Assembly (NCBI GenBank): GCA_026625185.1
Contig: CP113000.1
Coordinates: 1,395,622 to 1,427,621, forward strand
From: Thermodesulfobacteriota bacterium
GTDB taxonomy: Bacteria; Desulfobacterota; WTBG01; JAGOGO01
DNA length: 32,000 nt
Direction: 5' to 3'
Positions 18,391-28,241 of this stretch are shown one piece after another. Below the pieces are notes generated by a model. It was not told the origin of the DNA. It ran no database searches and worked only from the letters and a program-made list of their open reading frames with translations. The translations under genes were made by a program, and so were the position numbers. Every line of letters starts with the position of its first letter. Position 1 is the stretch's first letter.

Positions 18391-18602
18391 AGTGAACGAC
18401 ATAAATAAGTTGACGTTGAAGATGTTCTCCCATTCCGCACCAGTTCTCTCAACGTCATTCCCGCGAAAGCGGGAATCCAGAGGGGTGGCTCATGAAGCGA
18501 TGGAACTTACCCGCCCCTGGATTCCGGGTCAATCCCGGAATGACAATAGCGAGGGCTACGGCATGGCAAAAGAAGGATACCTCTTTATTTATATCGTTCA
18601 CT
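18391..18602. mobile_element. MITE-like nested palindromic element (~210 bp)
   Basis: Terminal inverted repeats are AGTGAACGACATAAATAAG (18391-18409) and CTTTATTTATATCGTTCACT (18583-18602), with 1 mismatch and 1 indel. The core holds two GC-rich 8-bp hairpins: ATTCCCGC-GAAA-GCGGGAAT (18457-18476) and ATTCCGGG-TCAAT-CCCGGAAT (18521-18541). The hairpins are also complementary to each other. Confidence 0.6.
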
Positions 18603-18666
18603 ATAAATAATCGATTTTTTACGATCATTATAAAATTTTTAGGCCCAAGCACCTAATCAAAAGCCG

Positions 18667-21600
18667 ATGAAAAAAAAGCTGCTTATCGCACTATCCCTTC
18701 TTGTATTCCTCTTGTTTGTTGCCTTTACGGTGTGGATTAATTACTTCTGGGGAACCAAAGAAAGGAAAGCATTCCTCGAGCAGGAGATGTCCTCGATTCT
18801 TCACCGGCCAGTGACCATACAAAAAGCCAAGCTTCAGATTTTTCCTCGGATCATGGTAGTCTTAAATCAGGTTGACATAAAAGAAGGGGATGGAAAATCT
18901 GATTTCATCTCCCTCCAAAAGCTCCGCCTGGGGATTTCTTTTAGTCACCTTTTTGACCGCATAATCTCTTGTGATTATTTGGTGTTAGATCAACCCCGGA
19001 TACTGCTTTCTCGGAACCAAGAAAAGGAGTTTAATGCCAGCGACTTGGTAAAAGCTTTTTCTTTCCAGCAAAAAAGAGAGGTCAAGGAAAAGCACTGGAT
19101 AAAAGAATTCAAAGTATCCCTGAAAAACTTTATTATCCGGGAAGGAGAAATTGAGTTTAAAGATTATGCAATGTCCAAATCTCCGGCATCCTTGGCGGTC
19201 ACTGCCCTAAACCTCCAAACCGGAAAACCCTCCCGAATAGGTATTATACCAATTTCTCTGAAAGGAGTTCTAAAAAGCGTAAAAAAACAAACCCAATTTA
19301 ACCTAAAAGGCGAGATTGAACCAATCATTGAAGACTCTAAACTTGCTGCCATCAGGTTTGCGGGAGATGCCCAGGTTGCGGATTTATCGCTTTCATGCTT
19401 CGGGCCTTATTTGTGCGCCTGGAAAAACATTGATTCTCTTCAGGGAAGTATCAAGGGAAAATTTTCTTTCCAGGGTATCATCGGTGGAGATTTTAAAGCA
19501 GGTGCGGAACTGGATATTGTTAACTTAAAATTTAAAAATGAGGAGCTTCTTAAAAAAGAACTCCGGATTGATAATGCTCATCTCCAATGTTTTTTAAATC
19601 GTGAGAAGCGAAATTGGATCTTTTCCCCTATCCAGATAAAGCTTCCCGGATTAACGGCAACCGGGAAAGTCAGCGTGGATACAACGACGACCCCGGTTAT
19701 TGAGGCTGAAATAGAAACCGGAAACTTTGACTACCAAGCCATTTTACCCTATGTCCCCTTTTTTCTCTTTCCCAGGGAGGTTAAAAATTTCATAACTGAT
19801 AAAGCTATGGCCGGGAAGATCGATAAGCTCTTTTTTCATTATTCCGAAAAGCCTCCCCAACCACCATCAGATAAAAAAATAAGCACCATGGCAGGAAATT
19901 TTTGTTTCCGGGATTTTTCTTTGAAGGTAATCGATGAGGCGCCCCGTTTTGAGCACCTTAAAGGTAAAGGGTGTTTTGAAAATCGGGAAATCAAGGTTAC
20001 TGACCTGACCGGCTCCTTTGGGAACTCAGTAATCGCGCAAAGCGCCTTTATCATTTCTGAGCCTGCTAATTTAAATTTTTCCGGTGATTTTAAGCTTGAT
20101 CTTTTGGAAATGAATAACTTGATCCATGTGAACAAAATACCTCCTGATGTTCTCCGCGAGTTGGAAGTACTTCAGTCGATGAACGGACAGGGGCTCCTCA
20201 CCCTCAAAGCCTCCGGACCGCTCAATAACTTAGGGGCGCTTGCTTTTGAAGGGAAGCTCACGTTAATAGATGCAGATATAGATTATCGGAATTTTCGCAA
20301 ACCCACGAAAAAAGTTAACGGAACTTTCCAGTTTACTCCTGATACTATCAAAATAACTGATGTTACCGGGTGGTGGGCAAATTCCCCCTTTACCTGCTCG
20401 GGAGAAATAAAAGACTACCGTTCTTCGGAAAAGACAAAAATTTACGTTCACGTGGCATCTGAAAACGCTGACATTAATGATCTGGCTTCAGCCTTCTTTC
20501 CCTGGAAAGGAGTTCAAGGGGAGGGATTGGTAAAGATATTTATAGATTTTAATTGTCTCGGTTACCGAAGCCAGAACCTCCGTTTTCAAGGAGAATCTGA
20601 ATTTAAGGATCTTAATCTGATATTTCCCGCCTTTCCTTATCCATTCAGCAACACGGAAGGAGAAATAGGGTTTTCCTCAGACGGGCTTACCTTCCCTCAG
20701 GTTAAATTTCAGACCGGATCTTCCGACATTGAATTTTCCGGCATTTGGAAAGGACTTAGCAATCCCAGACTCCAGGGCAAAATCAAAGGAAATTTTGTCA
20801 ATTTTTTAGATTTTTATAAACCAAAGGAGGCGGAAGAAGAAAGGCCGGTAAATTTTTCCTTGGAAAACGTCACATTAAACGTTAAACAAGGTGTTTATAG
20901 AAAACTGGTGGTGAATGATATGGAGACGGAAATAAGTTCTCATGAAGGAGTATATTATTTTTCCTCACCGCACGCAACCCAGGGAAAGCTTCGCGATTTT
21001 ACCTTTGTTAATCTCAATACCATGCAGGAGAATCAATCCCAAACAGCCACTTACCACCAAGGCGTAGTACAGATTCCTTTCCTGAAGCTTGAAGCCGGTG
21101 GAGGATATTGGATAGGTAAGGATATCAGCCTTCCTGTCTCGGTTGACCAGCCTGAACATTTTTCTCTTTCCAGCGAGATAAAAAATCTCTCGACCAAAAA
21201 TTTTCTCAAGCTGTTCCCCGAAAAAAATCGGAAGCTTTCTGGTATCCTCAACCTTAATGGAACGGTTACGGGAACGGGAAAAAACTATTCGGAGTGGATG
21301 GATACATTAAAGGGAGAGGTAGCCTTTACGACTACAAAAGGAACGGTAAAGGAACTCAGCATTCTCTCTAAACTTTTTTCCTTATTAAATGTTTACCGGA
21401 TTTTTCGCCAGGATTACAGTAAGCTGCTCTCAAAAGGCATGCCTTATGATACCATTCAAAGCACCTTTACGATTGACCAAGGCATAGCCAGGACAGAGGG
21501 CATGGTGCTTAAAAGCCCGGCAATGAAGATGGATGGCGTAGGTGATATTAACCTGGCAAAAGAGACCTTAGACATGGAAGTCGCGGTCCAGCCTTTAGAG

Positions 21601-21867
21601 ACGGTGGATAAAGTTGTTGGGATTATTCCTCTCGTAGGAACAGTCCTTAGTGATGGAAAAGGAGCATTCATTGTTACCTATTACAAAGTAACCGGAACCT
21701 TTGATAACCCTGAATGGAAAACAATGGTCTTTGGGTCCTTGGGACGCAAGGGCCAGAGCATCTTTAAACAAATCTTCAAGCTGCCGGAGACTATTCTTAA
21801 CTGGAACGGCAAGAACGGTTCTAAAAACAAGAATCAAGACTCAGGAGATAATAAGGAACAACACTGA
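18667..21867 (+). CDS. AsmA/YhdP-like family envelope protein
   Basis: 1066 aa. Has an N-terminal membrane anchor (LLIALSLLVFLLFVAFTVWI), a long beta-rich body, and a C-terminal block (MKMDGVGDINL..VTGTFDNPEW) typical of the AsmA-like C-terminal region. Confidence 0.7.
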   Translation: MKKKLLIALSLLVFLLFVAFTVWINYFWGTKERKAFLEQEMSSILHRPVTIQKAKLQIFPRIMVVLNQVDIKEGDGKSDFISLQKLRLGISFSHLFDRIISCDYLVLDQPRILLSRNQEKEFNASDLVKAFSFQQKREVKEKHWIKEFKVSLKNFIIREGEIEFKDYAMSKSPASLAVTALNLQTGKPSRIGIIPISLKGVLKSVKKQTQFNLKGEIEPIIEDSKLAAIRFAGDAQVADLSLSCFGPYLCAWKNIDSLQGSIKGKFSFQGIIGGDFKAGAELDIVNLKFKNEELLKKELRIDNAHLQCFLNREKRNWIFSPIQIKLPGLTATGKVSVDTTTTPVIEAEIETGNFDYQAILPYVPFFLFPREVKNFITDKAMAGKIDKLFFHYSEKPPQPPSDKKISTMAGNFCFRDFSLKVIDEAPRFEHLKGKGCFENREIKVTDLTGSFGNSVIAQSAFIISEPANLNFSGDFKLDLLEMNNLIHVNKIPPDVLRELEVLQSMNGQGLLTLKASGPLNNLGALAFEGKLTLIDADIDYRNFRKPTKKVNGTFQFTPDTIKITDVTGWWANSPFTCSGEIKDYRSSEKTKIYVHVASENADINDLASAFFPWKGVQGEGLVKIFIDFNCLGYRSQNLRFQGESEFKDLNLIFPAFPYPFSNTEGEIGFSSDGLTFPQVKFQTGSSDIEFSGIWKGLSNPRLQGKIKGNFVNFLDFYKPKEAEEERPVNFSLENVTLNVKQGVYRKLVVNDMETEISSHEGVYYFSSPHATQGKLRDFTFVNLNTMQENQSQTATYHQGVVQIPFLKLEAGGGYWIGKDISLPVSVDQPEHFSLSSEIKNLSTKNFLKLFPEKNRKLSGILNLNGTVTGTGKNYSEWMDTLKGEVAFTTTKGTVKELSILSKLFSLLNVYRIFRQDYSKLLSKGMPYDTIQSTFTIDQGIARTEGMVLKSPAMKMDGVGDINLAKETLDMEVAVQPLETVDKVVGIIPLVGTVLSDGKGAFIVTYYKVTGTFDNPEWKTMVFGSLGRKGQSIFKQIFKLPETILNWNGKNGSKNKNQDSGDNKEQH

Positions 21868-21981
21868 CCGTGAATAATTCGTTGCTTCGGCTGAGCGGTG
21901 TGCGGAGGTTGTCTTGTTTTTCGTGTCGCCTGCACTCACTACTGCGTAACCGAGAGCGCCTATCGTAACCATAATAATCTT

Positions 21982-22788
21982 ATGGAATTAATAAACCACA
22001 CGGGATTGCCTTTGCTCCAGTTTTCTCATTTTAAAAATGTAGCCGGCCTTGTGCATGGTGTAACCACTCGGAAGGGAGGCGTGAGTGAAGGCCCTTTTTT
22101 CAGTTTAAACCTTGGGACACAAACCGGGGATGACCCTCAGCGAGTCTATTGTAATCGCCATAAACTTCTCTCCCATTTAAGCTGGAATCCCTCTTCAGTA
22201 GTAATCCCCAAACAGGTGCACGGAAAAAATGTCGTGTTGATAACCAAAGAACGTTGGGATAACGATAGCGCGCCTCACGGGCTTGTTTTATCCGGGGTTG
22301 ATGGACTGACAACAAAAGAAACAGGAATACTGCTGATGATTAAAGTTGCTGATTGTTTCCCCGTATTTCTCTATGATCCCGCGCACGTTGCTATCAGTCT
22401 TATCCATGCCGGGTGGCGGGGTACGGCCAACGGGATTATTGCCCAGGGGATTGGCGCAATGAGGAAGTCTTTTGGGACGAAACCAAAAACAATTAAAGCG
22501 GGTATTGGGCCTGGTATCGGTGGGTGCTGCTATGAGGTCAAGGAAGATGTCCGGGAGGCATTTTCCAAACAAAAATCAGACAATGCTGTCTGGAAAATTG
22601 ACGCAGATAAAAAAATCTTCCTTGATCTTAAAAAAGCAATCTTTTTGGAGCTTATCAAATGCGGGTTAAACAAAAATAATATTGAGGTAGCGTCGGAATG
22701 TACTTCCTGTAATCCCGATTTATTTTTTTCCCACCGCCGGGAAAAAGGACAAACCGGACGAATGGCGGCCGTGATGGGCCTGGTATAA
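21982..22788 (+). CDS. pgeF: Peptidoglycan editing factor PgeF (YfiH/DUF152 laccase-domain protein)
   Basis: Motifs QVHG, DGL.T, ADC.P, IHAGWRG, CCYEV and FFSHRR. I chose the ATG at 21982 (MELINHTG). The track GTG at 21898 adds 28 residues that look non-coding. Confidence 0.85.
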   Translation: MELINHTGLPLLQFSHFKNVAGLVHGVTTRKGGVSEGPFFSLNLGTQTGDDPQRVYCNRHKLLSHLSWNPSSVVIPKQVHGKNVVLITKERWDNDSAPHGLVLSGVDGLTTKETGILLMIKVADCFPVFLYDPAHVAISLIHAGWRGTANGIIAQGIGAMRKSFGTKPKTIKAGIGPGIGGCCYEVKEDVREAFSKQKSDNAVWKIDADKKIFLDLKKAIFLELIKCGLNKNNIEVASECTSCNPDLFFSHRREKGQTGRMAAVMGLV

Positions 22789-23020
22789 GGATAACCGGTA
22801 ACGCGCCCATAGTGTTGTATATCAGTAAAAGGTTGTCATATCGACCAACGGGAGATATCTTGTATCCTGTAAAACTTTCACCGCCCCTGCCGTAAGAAAG
22901 AATCTCCCGAATCACCTCGTTGCTTAACTGTTCCTCTCCACCAATAGAAAACTTTATCACGGCCACTGATAAACCTCACGGATTAATGCTCTTTGGAGGG
23001 GTTGGTAGTTCTTATGACGC

Positions 23021-23938
23021 TTATTTTTCAAATACTATGGACACATAACTGACCGTTGACGAATAGTCATTGAGAAGATCTCCCGAAGTGTAATACGTGA
23101 GGAGGGTGCCTTGAGCGTCTGAGGGTAAAAGCCGCAACAAGATTCCGATGCCGTTTCGGCCGCAGATAGTAGCGCCAGTTTTTTGAAGGTATTTTTCATA
23201 CCCGAGGAAGTCTTTTTTTAAAATCACATCAACCGCTCCGAGATCAAGCTTTTTTAGGTTATTTTTAATATCTTCCTTGAAAGGAAGATAACCAAACCGC
23301 TCTCCATAGTGAGTAAAATCAGAGCTTACCACCACCAAAGTCTTATCGGTAACATAGGGCCTCAGGAATTTTGCCGCCTCAGCATAATCAATTTCTCCCA
23401 GCTTCCCCACCATTAAGGGAATAATTTTAAAATTTTTAAGTACCATCTGCAAAAAAGGGATTTGCATTTCCAGCGAGTGTTCTTGGGCTTCAGCTTCGGG
23501 GTTAAAGGAAAAAAGTTTTTGACGAGAAAGTTCCTCCCCGACTTTTTTCTCTACAGGCACTTTTCCTAAAGGCGTTTCATAAAAATCAAAGCTCGAGACA
23601 CAGATTCCCTGCAACCAGGCATAATGGGAAGGGCCGATAATAATTACGCGGTCGAAGTCTTTTCCTTTTAAGGCGGCAAAGCCACAGGCAGCTGCTTTCC
23701 CGGAAAACTGGTAGCCAGCGTGAGGGGAAATAAGCGCTATGATTTTTTCTTTAATCTCAGGAACCTGCGCTTGATCCAAATATGTTTTTACTGTATTTTT
23801 AAGCTCCTGAGGATCAGCCGGATACCAGGAACCGGCTAAGGGGGAAGACCGGACTTTTATTTGTCCTCCGGAAAACCCGGAAACAACAAAAAGAAACAAA
23901 CCGGTAATTAAGCCTGAAAAAATAATCAATCCTTTCAT
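23021..23938 (-). CDS. AmmeMemoRadiSam system protein B (Memo-like) with N-terminal signal/anchor
   Basis: 305 aa. AGSWYPADP, SPHAGYQFSG, IIGPSH, QEHSLEMQIPFLQ, VSSDFTHYG and TICGRNGI are Memo-family blocks. The first ~25 residues are hydrophobic (MKGLIIFSGLITGLFLFVVSGF). Confidence 0.85.
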   Translation of the reverse strand: MKGLIIFSGLITGLFLFVVSGFSGGQIKVRSSPLAGSWYPADPQELKNTVKTYLDQAQVPEIKEKIIALISPHAGYQFSGKAAACGFAALKGKDFDRVIIIGPSHYAWLQGICVSSFDFYETPLGKVPVEKKVGEELSRQKLFSFNPEAEAQEHSLEMQIPFLQMVLKNFKIIPLMVGKLGEIDYAEAAKFLRPYVTDKTLVVVSSDFTHYGERFGYLPFKEDIKNNLKKLDLGAVDVILKKDFLGYEKYLQKTGATICGRNGIGILLRLLPSDAQGTLLTYYTSGDLLNDYSSTVSYVSIVFEK

Positions 23939-24063
23939 TAAAACCTCATGAAATTTTAGGTGAACAAAATTGCATTATAGAAAAAAATATGCTTTAAAAT
24001 TTAGTTTTATCTCCCGGATTCAGTATACTAAATAAAAACAACCTTTGCCAGTTCCAACAATAG

Positions 24064-25053
24064 ATGAAAACCGAGAGTAAAAATCAAAAAGCAACAATAA
24101 AAAAGCAAACCCTCCGGCTTTGGAAAAAATTTTTATGGGGAGTAACTGCTTTAGGGTTTAAGGCTACGCTCGGTATTATTCGGATCCTTCCTGAGCGTTA
24201 CCTTCCGACATTGGGCGATTGGCTTGGCATCTTAGGATATTATATAACACCTCACCGTCAAAAAATTGCACAGGAAAACATCAAACGAGTCTACGGTTCA
24301 GCGCTTTCGGCCAAACAAATCAAATCCATGGCCAAAGCTGCCTTTAAAAATATCTCTCGGAACATTGTTGAGGTAGGATTAAGTGTTGTTTCTCCTTCGG
24401 ACCAGCGTTTTTTGAAAAAAAATATTTCTGTTCAGGGAATAGAAAATTTAGACAATGCATTAAAAAAAGGCAAAGGAGTTATTGCAATAAGCGCCCATCT
24501 GGGAACCTTTGCCAGTATTAGCGCTAAGATGGCAACCCTCGGGTATCCTTTCTGGCTTATTTTTAAAGATCCTGAAAATATTTACTTGGTTAATACCTTT
24601 CAAGGATGGAGAAATCATTTGGGAATTGGCGCTATTCCTTACAAGCCAAGGCATCGCTGTGCAAGTGAGTCTTTAAAGGTGCTGAAAAAAAAAGGTATTC
24701 TTATGATTCTGATTGACCAGAACCCCCGAAAAAAGTACGGAGTATACGTAGAATTTTTTGGCCATCAACTCCCCACCTACAGCGGTCCTGTAGTACTGGC
24801 CTTAAAAACCGGGGCTCCTCTTGTGCCCATGTTTATCCATCGCAATAATAATAACACTGAGACCATCCATATCTTGCCCGAAATTACCCTTAAAGAATCA
24901 AATGACAAACCCCGAGACATTGTTGACAATCTCAGAGCCATCAATGTTATTTGTGAAGCCTGGATCAAAAGATACCCGGAGCAGTGGTGGTGGATGCACC
25001 GTCGGTTCCGCTGGGCAAAAAAAACACTTTCACAGAATGAAAGGGGTTTATAA
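24064..25053 (+). CDS. LpxL/HtrB-like lysophospholipid (lipid A late) acyltransferase family protein
   Basis: 329 aa. Has an N-terminal membrane segment and the C-terminal YPEQWWWMHRRFR, matching the PEQYLW.HRR.K block of E. coli LpxL. The HX4(D/E) position reads HLGTFA (see findings). Confidence 0.75.
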   Translation: MKTESKNQKATIKKQTLRLWKKFLWGVTALGFKATLGIIRILPERYLPTLGDWLGILGYYITPHRQKIAQENIKRVYGSALSAKQIKSMAKAAFKNISRNIVEVGLSVVSPSDQRFLKKNISVQGIENLDNALKKGKGVIAISAHLGTFASISAKMATLGYPFWLIFKDPENIYLVNTFQGWRNHLGIGAIPYKPRHRCASESLKVLKKKGILMILIDQNPRKKYGVYVEFFGHQLPTYSGPVVLALKTGAPLVPMFIHRNNNNTETIHILPEITLKESNDKPRDIVDNLRAINVICEAWIKRYPEQWWWMHRRFRWAKKTLSQNERGL

Positions 25054-25141
25054 TCTCACTATTAAATTATCGGGGCAGATCAAGGGGGAGCTTTTTGATT
25101 TTTATTGCTATTGCTGCGGGATTTTGTGATAATTTCTCAAT

Positions 25142-26062
25142 ATGGAAAAGTTTTTGGAAAAGTTTGATAATTATCTTTTTGCTATCAAAAACGCTTCGTT
25201 ACATACCCGGAGAAACTACCATAACGATTTAACCCAATTTCTCGCCTTTCTTCGCGAAAATGAACCCATTGTTTGGGATCAGGGAGAGGCTGCGCTTAAT
25301 AAAATTAACCATTTGATTATTAGAGGATTTATCGCGTATCTCCTGCGGAAAAATTCAAAAACCACGATCGCACGGAAAATAGCTGCCCTTAATTCTTTTT
25401 TTCGTTTTTTGATTAAAGAAAGTTTTATTGCTTCGAACCCAATACAAGCAATTTCTGCTCCCAAACCAGAAAGGGTTGTCCCCTGTTTTCTCTCCGTAGA
25501 TGAAATTTTTTCTTTAATCGAGCAGCCTGATCATGAAAATAACTTGAGCCGCCGGGATCGAGCTATTTTGGAACTCATGTATTCCTGCGGGCTGAGAGTG
25601 AGTGAAGTGGTTAGCCTCAATCTCGGAGACCTTGATCCTCCCCAGGGAAACCTGAAGGTTACAGGAAAGGGCAATAAAGAAAGGATGCTCCCCATTGGAA
25701 CAAAGGCATTAGAAGCGATACAGGATTATCTTATTGTCCGCAGCAACCTTGAAGCAAAAAGAAAAGATCAGGGAAAATCTCCCGCGCTATTCCTGAACCA
25801 TCGTGGAGAGAGGCTTACCACCCGAAGTATAGGGCGAATGATTAATAAGTATGCACGCTTTTTAACCATGTTTCGTCCGGTACATCCCCATGCGATCCGT
25901 CACACGTTCGCGACTCATCTGTTGGATGCCGGGGCAGACCTGCGGGCGATCCAGGAGCTTTTAGGACACAGCAGTCTCTCAACCACCCAAAAATATACCC
26001 ATGTTAGTATTGACCGGCTCATGGAAGTCTATGACAAGGCTCATCCCCGGGCAAAAAAATAA
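25142..26062 (+). CDS. xerC: Tyrosine recombinase XerC
   Basis: 306 aa. The catalytic region ELMYSCGLRVSE...HPHAIRHTFATHLL..GADLRAIQELLGHSSLSTTQKYTHV is the Xer signature. The location directly upstream of hslVU is the common xerC context. Confidence 0.85.
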   Translation: MEKFLEKFDNYLFAIKNASLHTRRNYHNDLTQFLAFLRENEPIVWDQGEAALNKINHLIIRGFIAYLLRKNSKTTIARKIAALNSFFRFLIKESFIASNPIQAISAPKPERVVPCFLSVDEIFSLIEQPDHENNLSRRDRAILELMYSCGLRVSEVVSLNLGDLDPPQGNLKVTGKGNKERMLPIGTKALEAIQDYLIVRSNLEAKRKDQGKSPALFLNHRGERLTTRSIGRMINKYARFLTMFRPVHPHAIRHTFATHLLDAGADLRAIQELLGHSSLSTTQKYTHVSIDRLMEVYDKAHPRAKK

Positions 26063-26167
26063 TCCTGAAGTGAACGAACCCAAAGGCTTGAGGACTCGAT
26101 GAAAAAAGCACCGGAATCTTTACTAACAAGCTAAGAACCTCCTAACCATTTTAGTAAGGAAGATTAT

Positions 26168-26716
26168 ATGATGATAAACGAAAACCACCGTATTCACGGA
26201 ACAACGATTTTAGCAGTTCGCCGGGATGGGAAAGTAGCCCTTGCGGGAGACGGGCAAGTTACCTTGAGCAATACCATCTTGAAACATAAAGCAAAAAAGA
26301 TTCGTCGGTTATACCACGATAAAATCATCGCGGGGTTTTCCGGTGCTACGGCTGATGCGTTTACTCTTTTTGAAAAGTTTGAAAAAAAATTAGAACAGTT
26401 TAACGGGAACATTACCCGCGCGGCAGTAGAATTGGCCAAAGACTGGCGAACCGATAAGTATCTTCGTCGCTTGGAAGCCCTGCTTCTCATCGCGGATCAG
26501 AACTACTGCTTCATTATTTCGGGAAACGGAGATGTTATCGAACCCGACGATATGGTTACCGCCGTCGGTTCAGGAGGACCGTTCGCCCAGGCGGCGGCCA
26601 AAGCGCTGCTTGACCATACGAGCCTCAGTGCGAGCGAGATTGTTCGAGAAGCCATGAAGATTGCGGCCGGTATCTGCATTTATACCAATGACCAGATCAT
26701 CATCGAAGAACTCTAA
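26168..26716 (+). CDS. hslV: ATP-dependent protease subunit HslV
   Basis: 182 aa. The HGTTILAV sequence carries the catalytic Thr after processing, followed by GDGQVT and FSGATADAF. Confidence 0.95.
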   Translation: MMINENHRIHGTTILAVRRDGKVALAGDGQVTLSNTILKHKAKKIRRLYHDKIIAGFSGATADAFTLFEKFEKKLEQFNGNITRAAVELAKDWRTDKYLRRLEALLLIADQNYCFIISGNGDVIEPDDMVTAVGSGGPFAQAAAKALLDHTSLSASEIVREAMKIAAGICIYTNDQIIIEEL

Positions 26717-26738
26717 TAAATAATTTTAAGGAGACAGT

Positions 26739-28112
26739 ATGGCTAACCTGACACCCAAAGAAATCATTTCCGAACTGGATAAATATATCATCGGCCAGCA
26801 TAAAGCCAAGCGCGCGGTGGCGATTGCCCTTCGGAATCGCTGGCGAAGACAGCAAGTTCCCGATGACCTACGGGATGAGATTGCTCCTAAAAACATTATT
26901 ATGATCGGCCCCACGGGAGTGGGGAAGACAGAGATTGCCCGCCGGCTTTCACGTCTCGCGCAGTCGCCTTTTATCAAGGTGGAGGCGTCGAAATTTACTG
27001 AGGTCGGGTATGTAGGGCGGGATGTGGAATCGATGGTTCGGGACTTGACGGAAATCGCGGTAAACATGATCAAAGCCGAAGAATCAGAAAAAGTCATGGT
27101 CAAGGCTCGCGAAAATGCGGAAGAAAGGATTTTGGACTTGCTCCTTCCTTCCCGAAGAGAGGAACCTGTCTCTGAAACTCCCGACCAGGAAAAAAAACCG
27201 GACGTGATGTCAACAACCCCGAATTATCAGGATGCGACCCGGGAAAAACTGAGACAATTACTCCGTTCGGGCAAACTGGACGAACGGGTGGTGGAACTGG
27301 AAACTTCCTCCCGCGGAAATCTGCCGGTTATCGAGGTCTTGTCAGCCACCGGCATAGAGGAGATGGAATTTAATATTAAAGAAATGTTTGGCAACATGTT
27401 CCCTAAAAAAACCAAAAAACAAAAAATGAAAATTCCTGAGGCTCTCGAAATTTTAACCCAGGAAGAATCCCAGCGATTGATTGATATGGACCAGGTAACC
27501 CGGATGGCAAAGGAACGGGTGGAGCAGTCAGGCATCATCTTTATTGACGAAATTGACAAGATCACCGGTCGAGAAAGCTATACCGGCCCGGATGTCTCGC
27601 GGGAAGGGGTTCAGAGAGATCTGCTTCCCATTGTTGAGGGAACCACCGTTACGACTAAACATGGAATGGTGCAGACTGACCACATCCTTTTCATTGCCGC
27701 GGGCGCTTTCCATTCCTCAAAACCATCGGACTTGATCCCCGAGCTTCAAGGAAGGTTTCCGATCCGGGTGGAGCTTGACTCCCTGGGAAAGGAAGAATTT
27801 ATCCGGATTTTACAAGAACCTCGCAATGCTCTCGTAAAACAATACCACGCTTTAATGAAGACTGAGGGGCTGGATCTAATCTTTGAACCGGAGGCCATAA
27901 TAGAAATCGCCCAGATTGCCGAAAGCGTGAATACCCGCACCGAGAATATCGGCGCGCGCCGTCTCTATACGGTCATGGAAAAACTTTTGGAAGATATCTC
28001 CTTTGATGCCTCGGAAATGAAGGAAAATCAAATCATCATTAATAGAGAATATGTGACCGAAAAGCTCAGAGAAGTGGTAAAGGATGAGGATTTAAGTCGG
28101 TACATTCTTTAA
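26739..28112 (+). CDS. hslU: ATP-dependent protease ATPase subunit HslU
   Basis: 457 aa. [17 protein letters not shown], Walker [15 protein letters not shown] and Walker [11 protein letters not shown]. Confidence 0.95.
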   Translation: MANLTPKEIISELDKYIIGQHKAKRAVAIALRNRWRRQQVPDDLRDEIAPKNIIMIGPTGVGKTEIARRLSRLAQSPFIKVEASKFTEVGYVGRDVESMVRDLTEIAVNMIKAEESEKVMVKARENAEERILDLLLPSRREEPVSETPDQEKKPDVMSTTPNYQDATREKLRQLLRSGKLDERVVELETSSRGNLPVIEVLSATGIEEMEFNIKEMFGNMFPKKTKKQKMKIPEALEILTQEESQRLIDMDQVTRMAKERVEQSGIIFIDEIDKITGRESYTGPDVSREGVQRDLLPIVEGTTVTTKHGMVQTDHILFIAAGAFHSSKPSDLIPELQGRFPIRVELDSLGKEEFIRILQEPRNALVKQYHALMKTEGLDLIFEPEAIIEIAQIAESVNTRTENIGARRLYTVMEKLLEDISFDASEMKENQIIINREYVTEKLREVVKDEDLSRYIL

Positions 28113-28241
28113 TATCATAGACAGGCATTCCCCTTAAGCTTTGCTAGTGAGCATGAAAGGTTTCCACTGTCTGTCACAATGTGATTGAGTGTATAAAGTG
28201 ACGGTAGATTAAAATCTGACATTAAAGGGAGTAAATGCGAT

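Noticed and set aside
18320-18652. ORFs 18320-18610 (+, 96 aa) and 18455-18652 (-, 65 aa).
   Set aside because: Both are translations through the palindromic MITE-like element (SFPRKRESR-type peptides) on opposite strands. They are an artefact of the repeat.
21898-21981. A GTG-initiated 28-codon N-terminal extension of pgeF (MCGGCLVFRVACTHYCVTESAYRNHNNL).
   Set aside because: The Cys-rich, non-conserved-looking sequence is not part of the YfiH fold. The ATG at 21982 gives the usual family N-terminus.
22655-22966. 103-aa minus-strand ORF (GTG start) in the pgeF/Memo convergent spacer. Its N-terminal part (VIKFSIGGEEQLSNEVIREIL...) looks vaguely protein-like.
   Set aside because: It overlaps the 3' end of pgeF by 134 nt and has no SD or recognisable family. 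The non-overlapping part is only ~59 codons. It may be a gene fragment, but this cannot be supported.
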